Shown piece by piece: positions 1 through 7,686 of a stretch of DNA of 41,343 nt (the stretch's first letter is position 1; every line of letters begins with the position of its first letter). The notes under the pieces are model-generated. The model did no database searches. It was not told where the DNA came from and saw only the letters and a program-made list of their open reading frames with translations. A program made the translations under genes and the position numbers. The stretch is from a virus (Duplodnaviria > Caudoviricetes). The stretch is from the IMG/VR virus record IMGVR_UViG_3300048838_000649, positions 1-41,343 of that record, one strand, 5' to 3'.

Positions 1-44
1 AATCGGCCGACGCGGGCCAGAGTATCGCTTCCGGCAGGACGGGG

Positions 45-71
45 AAACAAAAAACCCCCGCGATGGGGGTT
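45..71 (-). terminator. Host intrinsic terminator downstream of the displaced tRNA 3' half
   Basis: AACCCCC-GCGAT-GGGGGTT stem-loop with an A-run on its left, which is a U-tract on the minus strand. Confidence 0.8.
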
Positions 72-82
72 CCTGTGTCTTT

Positions 83-126
83 AGTCGCGGGGGTAGGATT
101 CGAACCTACGACCTCCGGGTTATGAG
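83..126 (-). repeat. Left att site: displaced host tRNA-fMet 3' half
   Basis: AGTCGCGGGGGTAGGATTCGAACCTACGACCTCCGGGTTATGAG matches 41193-41236 with 4 mismatches. The identical 19-bp core 108-126 covers the anticodon loop. Confidence 0.95.
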
Positions 127-193
127 GACAATTCCATTACCTTTGTTTAAGAGTATTAAACCCTATTTAAGCCCTAGATCAGAGCATTTAAGT

Positions 194-213
194 GGGTCGG
201 TATGAGGGTCGGA
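194..213. promoter_or_regulatory. Putative integrase arm-type binding sites
   Basis: GGGTCGGW twice at a 12-bp period (194-201, 206-213). The same pair occurs at the other prophage end (41136-41155). Confidence 0.7.
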
Positions 214-216
214 TAG

Positions 217-1287
217 TCAATTAAATATCGCGTCCATCTTGTCAGCAGTTTCACTGTCAAGGGCTGGAATGTACGAAGTGTAGGTGTCAATAGTCTGAAC
301 AATGGACGCATGGCCCAAAAGCTCTTGAACTTTCTTAGGATGTACCCCATCAGCAAACAGCAACGTAGCGCACGTATGTCTTAGATCATGGAAGCGGATA
401 CGTGGTACAGACAGATCATCAAGCACCGAGTAGAAGTGCCGTAGCAGATTTCTGGGATGCACTGGAGTCCCCGCTTCTGATTGGAATATGAATCCACTGT
501 TGCTGCTTTGACGTTTCAGCTGATCCATCACAACAGTTGGGAGCGAGATGGTTCTACGTGATGTCGCGGTCTTTGGGTCAGAGATTTTGGCAACCCCTTT
601 GACCTCAACGACGGTCTTTTGGATGGAGATAGTGTTTCGCGCCCAGTTGACATTCTTCCACTCCATACCCAAGATCTCGCCACGCCTCGCTCCAGTGGTT
701 AGCGCAATCAGATAGATTGCGTACCACTTATGGCTTTGCGTGGCTCGAAGAAATGTTTGCGCTTGTTCTATCGACCAAACAGAAGGGGAATGTTTATCGA
801 CTTTTGGTGGAGTCACTGAACTACAGGGATTGCGATAAATCAGCTCCCACTTAACGGCTTGATTCAGCACTCGGCGAAGATATGTATGAATATGTAAGAC
901 AGTTTTCTTAGACAGTCCGTCAGACAACTTCTGAGAGTACAGGCGTTGAATGTGGTGAGGCGCAATAGCCGAGAGCTTCATACGCCCGAACGTGGGCCTG
1001 ATGTGAAGTCGTAAATAGGACTCATAAGACACGACGGTCTTTTCCTTCATTGTGTGTTTGGCGACATCCTCGAGGAATCGATCAGCAAACTCATTGAAAG
1101 TGACAGACCCATCTGGAGGCAGACGATGTTCGTCAATGGCCCTGCGCTGCTCGAACAACCAATCCTTGACTATCTGTTTGTCTTTGTTGCGTTTACTGAT
1201 GCGTCGGCCATCAGGCAAGGTGATCTTACCGACCCAAGTCTTTTGAGATTTTGACCAGTAAACAGACCCTTCGCCTTTATGTCGCAC
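217..1287 (-). CDS. int: Tyrosine recombinase, phage integrase
   Basis: 356 aa. N-terminal RxxGEGSVY arm-binding start, TGARRGE (catalytic R), FHDLRH, LLGH, TIDTY. SD-like AGAGGTGA before the GTG start. Adjacent to att. Confidence 0.97.
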   Translation of the reverse strand: MRHKGEGSVYWSKSQKTWVGKITLPDGRRISKRNKDKQIVKDWLFEQRRAIDEHRLPPDGSVTFNEFADRFLEDVAKHTMKEKTVVSYESYLRLHIRPTFGRMKLSAIAPHHIQRLYSQKLSDGLSKKTVLHIHTYLRRVLNQAVKWELIYRNPCSSVTPPKVDKHSPSVWSIEQAQTFLRATQSHKWYAIYLIALTTGARRGEILGMEWKNVNWARNTISIQKTVVEVKGVAKISDPKTATSRRTISLPTVVMDQLKRQSSNSGFIFQSEAGTPVHPRNLLRHFYSVLDDLSVPRIRFHDLRHTCATLLFADGVHPKKVQELLGHASIVQTIDTYTSYIPALDSETADKMDAIFN

Positions 1288-1297
1288 AAATCACCTC

Positions 1298-1333
1298 TTG
1301 ACAACACTATAGAAGCGTATTGTATCATACCTC
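1298..1333 (+). promoter_or_regulatory. Sigma70-type promoter, probably leaderless, divergent from int
   Basis: TTGACA at 1298, TATCAT at 1323-1328 (19-bp spacer, long), 5 nt before ATG 1334. Confidence 0.5.
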
Positions 1334-1729
1334 ATGAGCGCCGAAGTTCCGTTGAGTGTCGAACAACCCGAATCCCCTACATCATTTACCCTAACCTTTT
1401 GGGTGCATGGATTTCGCGCCACAGCGACATTGCGTGATCCTTCTTATAAGGTTCAGTTCCACGAAGGACTAAAGATAACCGCCGACACCGCCAAGATCAT
1501 GGCCGATGATCCTAGGTTCGAACCATCTTGGGAGAGACCGTTACCACTAAGACCGACTCCTGAACTCGCGCCTAATAGCGAAGCTGATACGAAGCTCTGC
1601 GAGGTACACAATGTTGTGATGAAAAAACGTTCTGGTAAGGGGGGTGCGGCTTTCTACTCTCATGCTCGGAAGTTAACGAATGGCAGTTGGGATTACTGTT
1701 CGGGTTCAGGTTTTAAGTCTGATAAATAA
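1334..1729 (+). CDS. Hypothetical protein with C-terminal C/H zinc-ribbon-like motif
   Basis: 131-aa ORF with CEVH...FYSH...WDYC. First gene divergent from int. Confidence 0.65.
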   Translation: MSAEVPLSVEQPESPTSFTLTFWVHGFRATATLRDPSYKVQFHEGLKITADTAKIMADDPRFEPSWERPLPLRPTPELAPNSEADTKLCEVHNVVMKKRSGKGGAAFYSHARKLTNGSWDYCSGSGFKSDK

Positions 1730-1920
1730 TGGGAATAGCAACACAGGAAAAGACCGATAGAAACTTGGAGTTCTATCGTCGTTGGAGAATCGACAAAGAA
1801 CCCCTCAACGAGCTACTACTGGAATATGACATCAAATATCCTCGCGCTTATGCCATCAAAGCCCACGTCGAGAAAAAGTATCCAGAGGAAGTCAAGCAGA
1901 TGGAAATTGCTCAGTCCTAG
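1729..1920 (+). CDS. Small putative DNA-binding (HTH-like) protein
   Basis: 63 aa, TAATG-coupled. DRN.EFY...LNELLLEYDIKYPRAYAI resembles a Mor-type HTH (inference). Confidence 0.55.
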   Translation: MGIATQEKTDRNLEFYRRWRIDKEPLNELLLEYDIKYPRAYAIKAHVEKKYPEEVKQMEIAQS

Positions 1921-1934
1921 GTTCAAATTGCCTA

Positions 1935-1968
1935 TTGACAACACTAAATCATTATGTCAATATAAACC
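1935..1968 (+). promoter_or_regulatory. Promoter, leaderless
   Basis: TTGACA-17 bp-CAATAT with extended TG, 5 nt before ATG 1969. Confidence 0.65.
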
Positions 1969-2244
1969 ATGACCAAAGGAACAGACATCAGCAAACAAAC
2001 AAAACATAGTGATACTTGCAAAAGAGTATTCAAGAATTACGATCTTAATTGTCCACGATGTCAAGAGTTGGCAAACGGAGCAGAAGCTCGTGATGGATGG
2101 CAGAAGAACTACTATGAAAATCAAGAGAGAAATAACGCCATTTGGTCTGCTCACCTCAAATCACAACATTGCGAGCATGGATCACACAACAAGAACGCTG
2201 GCGGATACTGCAACATTTGCAACAAAGGTGTAGATTTTTCTTGA
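1969..2244 (+). CDS. Cys/His-rich phage protein
   Basis: 91 aa with H..TC...CPRC and a C-terminal H...C.H...CNIC. Has its own promoter. Confidence 0.75.
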   Translation: MTKGTDISKQTKHSDTCKRVFKNYDLNCPRCQELANGAEARDGWQKNYYENQERNNAIWSAHLKSQHCEHGSHNKNAGGYCNICNKGVDFS

Positions 2245-2245
2245 C

Positions 2246-2512
2246 ATGACCAACACAAAAACCACGTCCAAGAGAGCTTCCCAAAAGGGGAGCTTTTTTG
2301 ATCCCAAGAAGGAAGCCAAGACAACCCTCAACTACATTGGATTGTGTCTACACGATCCGATGACCTCTCAGGCTAAGGAAAACATCAAAAACTATTTAGA
2401 GAACGCACTAAATCTCGCTTACAAGATAGGTGAACGAGATGGATACAGCGAAGGCCACAACGAAGTAATAGAAGCATGGAAGAAATCGCGCGAACTAATC
2501 TTTGAAAAATAA
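2246..2512 (+). CDS. Hypothetical protein
   Basis: 88-aa ORF packed tightly between neighbours. Confidence 0.6.
   Translation: MTNTKTTSKRASQKGSFFDPKKEAKTTLNYIGLCLHDPMTSQAKENIKNYLENALNLAYKIGERDGYSEGHNEVIEAWKKSRELIFEK
2274..2299 (+). terminator. Intrinsic terminator inside the 5' end of ORF 2246
   Basis: GAGCTTCCC-AAAA-GGGGAGCTT followed by TTTT. Confidence 0.6.
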
Positions 2513-2513
2513 C

Positions 2514-2684
2514 ATGGACTACGACAGCCAACTAGATTTTGAGAACGATGCACTCCGAGAGGAGCAGGAAGCCCAAAAGATGGCCGAGAACGAACTCGAT
2601 GAGGCAATCAAGGCTGACAAGGAAAGATATCAGGAATGGCTTGAAACCGAAACGATGATAGCTGACCAGTCAAACAAGGTATGA
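2514..2684 (+). CDS. Small acidic hypothetical protein
   Basis: ATG 2514 in the frame of the 2502 ORF. ATGA overlap with the next gene. Confidence 0.6.
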   Translation: MDYDSQLDFENDALREEQEAQKMAENELDEAIKADKERYQEWLETETMIADQSNKV

Positions 2685-3409
2685 GCAAACTATACAAACC
2701 AGTCATAGTCAAAAAGGAAATTGACGACGAACATTTCTACTACGTTGATGGAAAGTTTACACCCGGAGTCACGACCATACTCTCGGAAACAATGCCTACT
2801 CCCTACGCACTCCGCCACTGGATAGGTGAAGTCGGAAACGACAAAGCCCAAGAGCGACTTGAGAAGGCAGGAGAGCGAGGATCGCAAATCCACGACGCCT
2901 GTGAACGACTATTGAACGGTCTGACCGTTAATCTACTCGATGAGTTCCCAAATGCTAACGACAAGAAGGTGCTTACTGCATTTGTCAATTGGGTCGCCGA
3001 GGTGCAGCCACAGGTTATCAACACCGAATTTACAGTGGCGTCTGAGAAAGGATATGCCGGAACGCTAGACCTCTACTGCAAAATTGGTGATGAGCCTTGG
3101 ATAATCGACTTTAAAACCAGTAGCGGAATTTATGACAGCCACAAGCTACAGATAGTCGCCTATCAACAAGCCTTCTACGAGATGACTGGAACCAAGGCAA
3201 ACGTGGGAATCTTGCATCTAAACCACAGAACAATCAAAGGCTACTCGCTCCACACTGAAATGAAGATTGGCGGAAGGGAAGTAGACCAAGATGATTTTCT
3301 GAAAGTGTTCGAGGTGTACAAGATGCTGAACGGTGGAACTATCCCAGAGCCGAAACTTAAAGACGTTTATCCAGAAGAATTGAAACTTGAAGGGGGTGAC
3401 GCTAAATGA
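2681..3409 (+). CDS. PD-(D/E)xK exonuclease (RecE/Cas4-like phage recombination nuclease)
   Basis: PGVTTIL, ERGSQIH, E..V....YAGTLD, IIDFKTS, QIVAY motifs. Confidence 0.88.
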   Translation: MSKLYKPVIVKKEIDDEHFYYVDGKFTPGVTTILSETMPTPYALRHWIGEVGNDKAQERLEKAGERGSQIHDACERLLNGLTVNLLDEFPNANDKKVLTAFVNWVAEVQPQVINTEFTVASEKGYAGTLDLYCKIGDEPWIIDFKTSSGIYDSHKLQIVAYQQAFYEMTGTKANVGILHLNHRTIKGYSLHTEMKIGGREVDQDDFLKVFEVYKMLNGGTIPEPKLKDVYPEELKLEGGDAK

Positions 3410-3774
3410 TTGCGAAAGTAAATTTCCAAATCGGGGGTTCAAAGTACCAGTTCGAAATAGACGAAAAGGACGAAATGGACACCCTCCACAAGTCCATTGT
3501 GCTATCAAGTCCACGCAAGAAATGTACAAACTGTGGTGATGTTGGTCTGGACGCTAAATACCTGACTTCCAACAAGAATAAGGAGGGTCATACGTTCGTC
3601 AATGTCAAATGTGGCAAGTGTGGAGCGACTAGCAAACTTGGTCAGTACAAAGCAGGTGGATATTTCTGGCACGAGTACGACCTGTATAAGCCAGAGGAAT
3701 CTAAGGAAACAAAGAAGTCAGATGCGGCGGACGATGAACCGCCTCCGCCTGATGACGAAGACATGCCATTCTGA
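3406..3774 (+). CDS. Zn-binding SSB-like protein with acidic tail
   Basis: CxxC...CxxC and C-terminus DDEDMPF like the SSB tail. Follows the exonuclease. Confidence 0.6.
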   Translation: MIAKVNFQIGGSKYQFEIDEKDEMDTLHKSIVLSSPRKKCTNCGDVGLDAKYLTSNKNKEGHTFVNVKCGKCGATSKLGQYKAGGYFWHEYDLYKPEESKETKKSDAADDEPPPPDDEDMPF

Positions 3775-3850
3775 GTTCTTTTCTGGTGTCATCTTTAACC
3801 TTGACTGGCTCAGGCGAGTTTCAAGAAAAGGTGACACTATAAAAGGATTT

Positions 3851-4213
3851 ATGAAAACACAAAGAGAAATAAAATTCAGGGCATGGAATAAGAATCTGGG
3901 GAAAATGATAACGGATATTGGTTTATTTTCAGATAATGAACCAGACGAGTATTTTAATGAGGATGATTGTATTCTCATGCAATACACAGGACTAAAAGAC
4001 AAAAACGGAGTTGAGATATATGAGGGAGATGTTTTGAAAGTAAGTTTAGAAGATGCTGGCGTTCAATATCTAAATACGCTGGGCGAAGCCATCATTAGGC
4101 AGGGATTTGTTATCTTAGAAGTAGACGACATTTTCTTTTTTTACACGACACCATGTGGGGATGACTTTGAAGTAATCGGAAACGTGTTTGAGAACCCTGA
4201 ACTTTTAAAATGA
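3851..4213 (+). CDS. YopX-family protein
   Basis: REIKFRAW, LMQYTGLKDKNGVEIYEGD, EVIGNVFENPELL. Start taken at ATG 3851 rather than 3602. Confidence 0.92.
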   Translation: MKTQREIKFRAWNKNLGKMITDIGLFSDNEPDEYFNEDDCILMQYTGLKDKNGVEIYEGDVLKVSLEDAGVQYLNTLGEAIIRQGFVILEVDDIFFFYTTPCGDDFEVIGNVFENPELLK

Positions 4214-4419
4214 AAAACATTATAAAAATATCAATACTCAAAGACGAAGATAAATATGCCTATATGGAATATCAAAGCGGTAATGACCCACTAATTTATA
4301 ATGACACTTACGGAAATAGCGGATACTGGACTTTAGCTGAGGTGTGCGAAAGTGTAATAGCAACATACGAAGGTCATTTGATCGAGATACACTTGAACAT
4401 ACCAAACAAATCAAAATGA
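4210..4419 (+). CDS. Hypothetical protein
   Basis: 69 aa, ATGA-coupled at both ends. Confidence 0.65.
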   Translation: MKNIIKISILKDEDKYAYMEYQSGNDPLIYNDTYGNSGYWTLAEVCESVIATYEGHLIEIHLNIPNKSK

Positions 4420-4874
4420 ACATACAAAAAGATATCATAACCATTTTCGGAGTTTGCCTATTCCTACTTACCCCCATATGGGTTTTTACAGGCTGGTACA
4501 GGCAGCTACCAGAATCAATCACAGTACACGCAGATAGTGGGGATGAAACAGAAGTCACCCCAGTATCGCAAGGAAGCGGTGGTGGGCAATTCATCAGCCC
4601 ATCACCTACCCCCACAGTCGACGAGTGGATAGACCAAGTATGGGGAGATCATGCAGACGAGGCCAGACAGGTAATAGCTTGTGAGAGTTCGGGCAATCCA
4701 AGTGCTAAGAATCCAAACAGCACAGCCACAGGATTATTTCAGATCATCATAGGAACTTGGGAACACAACAACTGTAGAGGAGATAGAACAAATCCATACG
4801 ACAATATCAGTTGTGCAAAGCGCATTTTCAACGACAGGGGTTGGCAGCCTTGGGTGTGTCAACCAGAACATTAA
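4416..4874 (+). CDS. Membrane-anchored lytic transglycosylase (SLT/lysozyme-like)
   Basis: N-terminal hydrophobic helix, S/P/T linker, IACESSGNPSA...ATGLFQI...GWQPW. ATGA overlap start at 4416. Confidence 0.85.
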   Translation: MNIQKDIITIFGVCLFLLTPIWVFTGWYRQLPESITVHADSGDETEVTPVSQGSGGGQFISPSPTPTVDEWIDQVWGDHADEARQVIACESSGNPSAKNPNSTATGLFQIIIGTWEHNNCRGDRTNPYDNISCAKRIFNDRGWQPWVCQPEH

Positions 4875-5375
4875 CTTAACTATTTAGAGGTGGGGTGGCG
4901 GAAAGAAACGCAAGTCCATCGGGCTACGAGTATATAGCCGTTTGAGAAATCTGTAATTCGGCGAGAAGTGCGTTTGCAAGGTGACGCTATCTACATAGGG
5001 AATCTTTAGACAAAAACACTCAAGTATTCGTCAAAAGCGGATAACTGGGTTGGATCTAACAGAAGGATGGGTGGTTGTTAGAACTGACAAGCTGGCAACA
5101 GGAGATCTGAAAGTGAGGGCTTGTCCCTAATGATCTGTAAGGAAATCTTTGAGTCTATTTTGACCCGACGGTAAGGCTAAACGGTAAGGTGAACATCCGA
5201 GGTCAACCCAACAGCAAATTGGGGCGGAGGCGAAAGCCAGTTCGCAAGGTGTGTCCAAAGTAACAGCTGTGGATATAAATTGCGGGAAGGAAAGTAATCG
5301 AGCGGTGAATCAAATCGGAATTGCAGATAGTACGCTAAAGCGCAATCCTTGCCCCCACCATCTAAGTAGTTAAGT
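4874..5375 (+). ncRNA. Candidate large structured ncRNA with tRNA-like termini
   Basis: No plus-strand ORF of 60 aa or more over ~500 bp. 15-bp outer stem (4874-4888/5361-5375), 7-bp acceptor-like stem (4889-4895/5353-5359), many internal helices with G-U pairs and GNRA-type loops. Confidence 0.8.
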
Positions 5376-5381
5376 AAGAAT

Positions 5382-5639
5382 ATGACAAAGAAGAAAGACA
5401 TTGTATTAGACCATTTCATAGGAATAGCAGTTGACTGGGGAGCCGATGGATACCTTAGCGTCAACGACAGAACCTTGGAGGGTGATCTGAGTGAAGCCAT
5501 AGACCAAACCCTCGAGAAGGTGCTGGAGGAAGTGGAACTGGAAATAGAGGCATGGATGGACGTTCACGAGGAGAAGCAAAGGTCGTTTCAAACCGATGAC
5601 TTAATGAGGCATTTAAGGAAATCCCTAATAGAGAAATGA
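5382..5639 (+). CDS. Hypothetical protein
   Basis: 85 aa, coupled to the next ORF by ATGA. Confidence 0.7.
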   Translation: MTKKKDIVLDHFIGIAVDWGADGYLSVNDRTLEGDLSEAIDQTLEKVLEEVELEIEAWMDVHEEKQRSFQTDDLMRHLRKSLIEK

Positions 5640-5875
5640 ACCAGCGCCGAACACAAGAAGATCAGATATTAAAACTGCTCAAGGAGCGAGGTGAGCGAGG
5701 AGCTTATGCCTATGAAATGACCAATACTGATTTCATGCGTGACAGGGGCGGAGCAATAATGCAATACGGCCGAGCCATCCACACACTTAGGCACAAGATG
5801 GGTTACAACATTGTCAACAAGAAAAGAGGCTGGTTTGTTTTGGTTGAGGAGAAGGGCCAAGTCGCACTGCTATGA
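5636..5875 (+). CDS. Winged-HTH-like protein
   Basis: TQEDQILKLLKE...QYGRAIHTLRHKMGYNI pattern typical of small phage HTH proteins. Confidence 0.7.
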   Translation: MNQRRTQEDQILKLLKERGERGAYAYEMTNTDFMRDRGGAIMQYGRAIHTLRHKMGYNIVNKKRGWFVLVEEKGQVALL

Positions 5876-6060
5876 CAGACCTTGACCGAGAGGAGGCCAA
5901 AAATTGGATTATTTCTAACTGGCAGACCTTGCCGCCAGAGAAATTAGGCAAGGCGGTCAAAAGATACTTTGAGAAATATGGAACACCTAAGAAAGAAGAT
6001 AGCACGATGGAGAAAGCAAGAGAAATCTTTGGGGATCAGATATCCATCAAGCAGGACTAA
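5872..6060 (+). CDS. Hypothetical protein
   Basis: 62 aa, ATGA-coupled. Confidence 0.6.
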   Translation: MTDLDREEAKNWIISNWQTLPPEKLGKAVKRYFEKYGTPKKEDSTMEKAREIFGDQISIKQD

Positions 6061-6120
6061 GTGCAAACTATGCGATGAGTGGTTTTACAAGTCACACGGC
6101 AGGCAGGTAAGATGCCCTAA

Positions 6121-6459
6121 TTGCCAACAATGAAACTAACGTACACAAGTGAACAACAAGTAGTCAACTCGGTTCTTCACTACTTGAATGGCAGAGGACA
6201 TTTCGTATGGAGAAATAATAGCGGAGTGGCCAGAGCGGTTGACAAGAGAGGACGAGAACGATTGTGGAGAGCAGGGATCAAAGGAAGTGCCGACATAATC
6301 GGCGTGGCCAAAGACGGCAAGTTCATAGCGGTCGAGTGTAAACACGGCAAGAACAAAACGACTGAGAGTCAAGATATGTTTTTAAAGGACGTACGCGACA
6401 GGGGTGGGTATGCAGTAGTCGCTTACGATATCGAGGACTTGCCAAAAGAATTGCTATGA
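6121..6459 (+). CDS. VRR-NUC / Holliday-junction resolvase-like nuclease
   Basis: WRNNSG, GSADIIG, FIAVECK, Q..FL...GG. Start is TTG 6121 or ATG 6130. Confidence 0.88.
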   Translation: MPTMKLTYTSEQQVVNSVLHYLNGRGHFVWRNNSGVARAVDKRGRERLWRAGIKGSADIIGVAKDGKFIAVECKHGKNKTTESQDMFLKDVRDRGGYAVVAYDIEDLPKELL

Positions 6460-6569
6460 ACGACCCTGAAGATGACATGAACAAGATAGCTGAAGCAGGT
6501 GCCAAATACACTCTGATCTTTTGGTTGCTTGTGGGTGTTATCATGGCTATAGCGGTATATGTCGGATGA
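6456..6569 (+). CDS. 37-aa single-TM protein (below the ORF-track cutoff)
   Basis: MNDPEDDMNKIAEAGAKYTLIFWLLVGVIMAIAVYVG, ATGA-coupled to VRR-NUC. Confidence 0.55.
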   Translation: MNDPEDDMNKIAEAGAKYTLIFWLLVGVIMAIAVYVG

Positions 6570-6924
6570 ATTTGATTATGGTGGAAGTTGGCAACGCATC
6601 GAGGATGCAGTAGCAGATTATGAAGAAAGCCGGATAGCTCCACCTGTCATAGCCCCTCCACGTACTCCCTTTATCGACGCCCTCATCAAACTTCGGGCCA
6701 ACTACCAGATTGGTCTAGCCCATCTCAAGCCAACGTCTGAATTAGAAAAGATATCAGCAGTTGCAGCCAACAACCAAGCTGTTGATAAGGCCATCCAGCT
6801 CGCCGAGGCCGAGGAGCTGAGGGTCAGAGGTTTTGTCGAATCGGCCGATGGATTCTGCTTGGATACCGAGGAAGAAAGGAGAAGGTTTATCGAAGGACTT
6901 TATGGAACGCGGGACACTAATTAG
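6559..6924 (+). CDS. Hypothetical protein
   Basis: 121-aa helical ORF in the operon. Confidence 0.65.
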   Translation: MSDEFDYGGSWQRIEDAVADYEESRIAPPVIAPPRTPFIDALIKLRANYQIGLAHLKPTSELEKISAVAANNQAVDKAIQLAEAEELRVRGFVESADGFCLDTEEERRRFIEGLYGTRDTN

Positions 6925-7681
6925 CAGCGAACCAGTCATCGCCCAGAAAGGAACCCTCGTTGGTGACTATTCGATTTATTCAGAACTCCGCAAGGCTTCA
7001 ATTGAATCTCGTTGGGATTATGCCGATGAGATGAGGAAGCTCTATCGCAGACTGGATGTAATGTCTGAGAGGTTTATGGGGCGGATTCAGACTCCAGAGT
7101 TTAGTGGTGAGATACCGCCAGTCGTATTAGCCATAGACGACCTTCGTAACAAGAATACTCTCGCAGCCTACAATCTCGTAGATGATGAATATGGACTCAG
7201 CTATAAGATCACCATGAACGAGGTTCACTACGAGAACGCTGGCGAGGAAGGAAGACGATGGAGATTCGGGGAATGGGCGCAGTCAGAAACACTTTGCCAT
7301 GAGCTATTTCACCACAAACAACAACTACTCGGTAAGGATCCCTTCACGCCAAGGTCGCGAGTAACCCACAACAAGGAGTTCACACAGATGTTGGAGGATG
7401 TTGGACTTCACTGTGCGCCCGAAGGCTTTCACTACAAAGTCGCAGATGTTGATAGTCCTTTTGGTCTACTAATGAGGCAATGGGGAATTGAGCCGCCGGC
7501 GGAAGATGTCCGAGAACGAGAATTTAAAATCCATTGGTTCAAAGATGGTAAGAGAGAGAAAGGCCGATCAACCCTTACCAAATACGAATGCCCGCAATGT
7601 GGCCTAAAAGTAAGGTATGGCCGTAAAGACGAACCAAATTTGATGCACGTACCGTGTGGAGAGTTACTTGTGAGGGGGTGA
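6902..7681 (+). CDS. SprT-like zinc metalloprotease with C-terminal zinc ribbon
   Basis: ETLCHELFH (HExxH), HNKEF, KYECPQCG...HVPCG. Start taken at ATG 6902. Confidence 0.85.
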   Translation: MERGTLISSEPVIAQKGTLVGDYSIYSELRKASIESRWDYADEMRKLYRRLDVMSERFMGRIQTPEFSGEIPPVVLAIDDLRNKNTLAAYNLVDDEYGLSYKITMNEVHYENAGEEGRRWRFGEWAQSETLCHELFHHKQQLLGKDPFTPRSRVTHNKEFTQMLEDVGLHCAPEGFHYKVADVDSPFGLLMRQWGIEPPAEDVREREFKIHWFKDGKREKGRSTLTKYECPQCGLKVRYGRKDEPNLMHVPCGELLVRG

Positions 7682-7686
7682 TTGAC

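Noticed and set aside
3602-3850. N-terminal extension of YopX
   Set aside because: Overlaps ORF 3406 out of frame. The family motif starts at ATG 3851.
4968-5342. Group II or group I intron reading of the large RNA (GTGCG at 4968, AGCG...CGCT near 5301-5336)
   Set aside because: No canonical domain V helix or bulged-A domain VI, no recognisable group I P7 pair, and no interrupted ORF. Left open only for a covariance-model test.
4889-5360. Canonical tRNA or tmRNA
   Set aside because: No TTCRA T-loop and no 7-nt anticodon loop in the expected place. It lacks the alanine G3-U70 acceptor identity of tmRNA, and I saw no convincing tag ORF.
5177-5500. 107-aa minus-strand ORF over the ncRNA
   Set aside because: Antisense to a coupled plus-strand gene and to the structured RNA, with no motifs.
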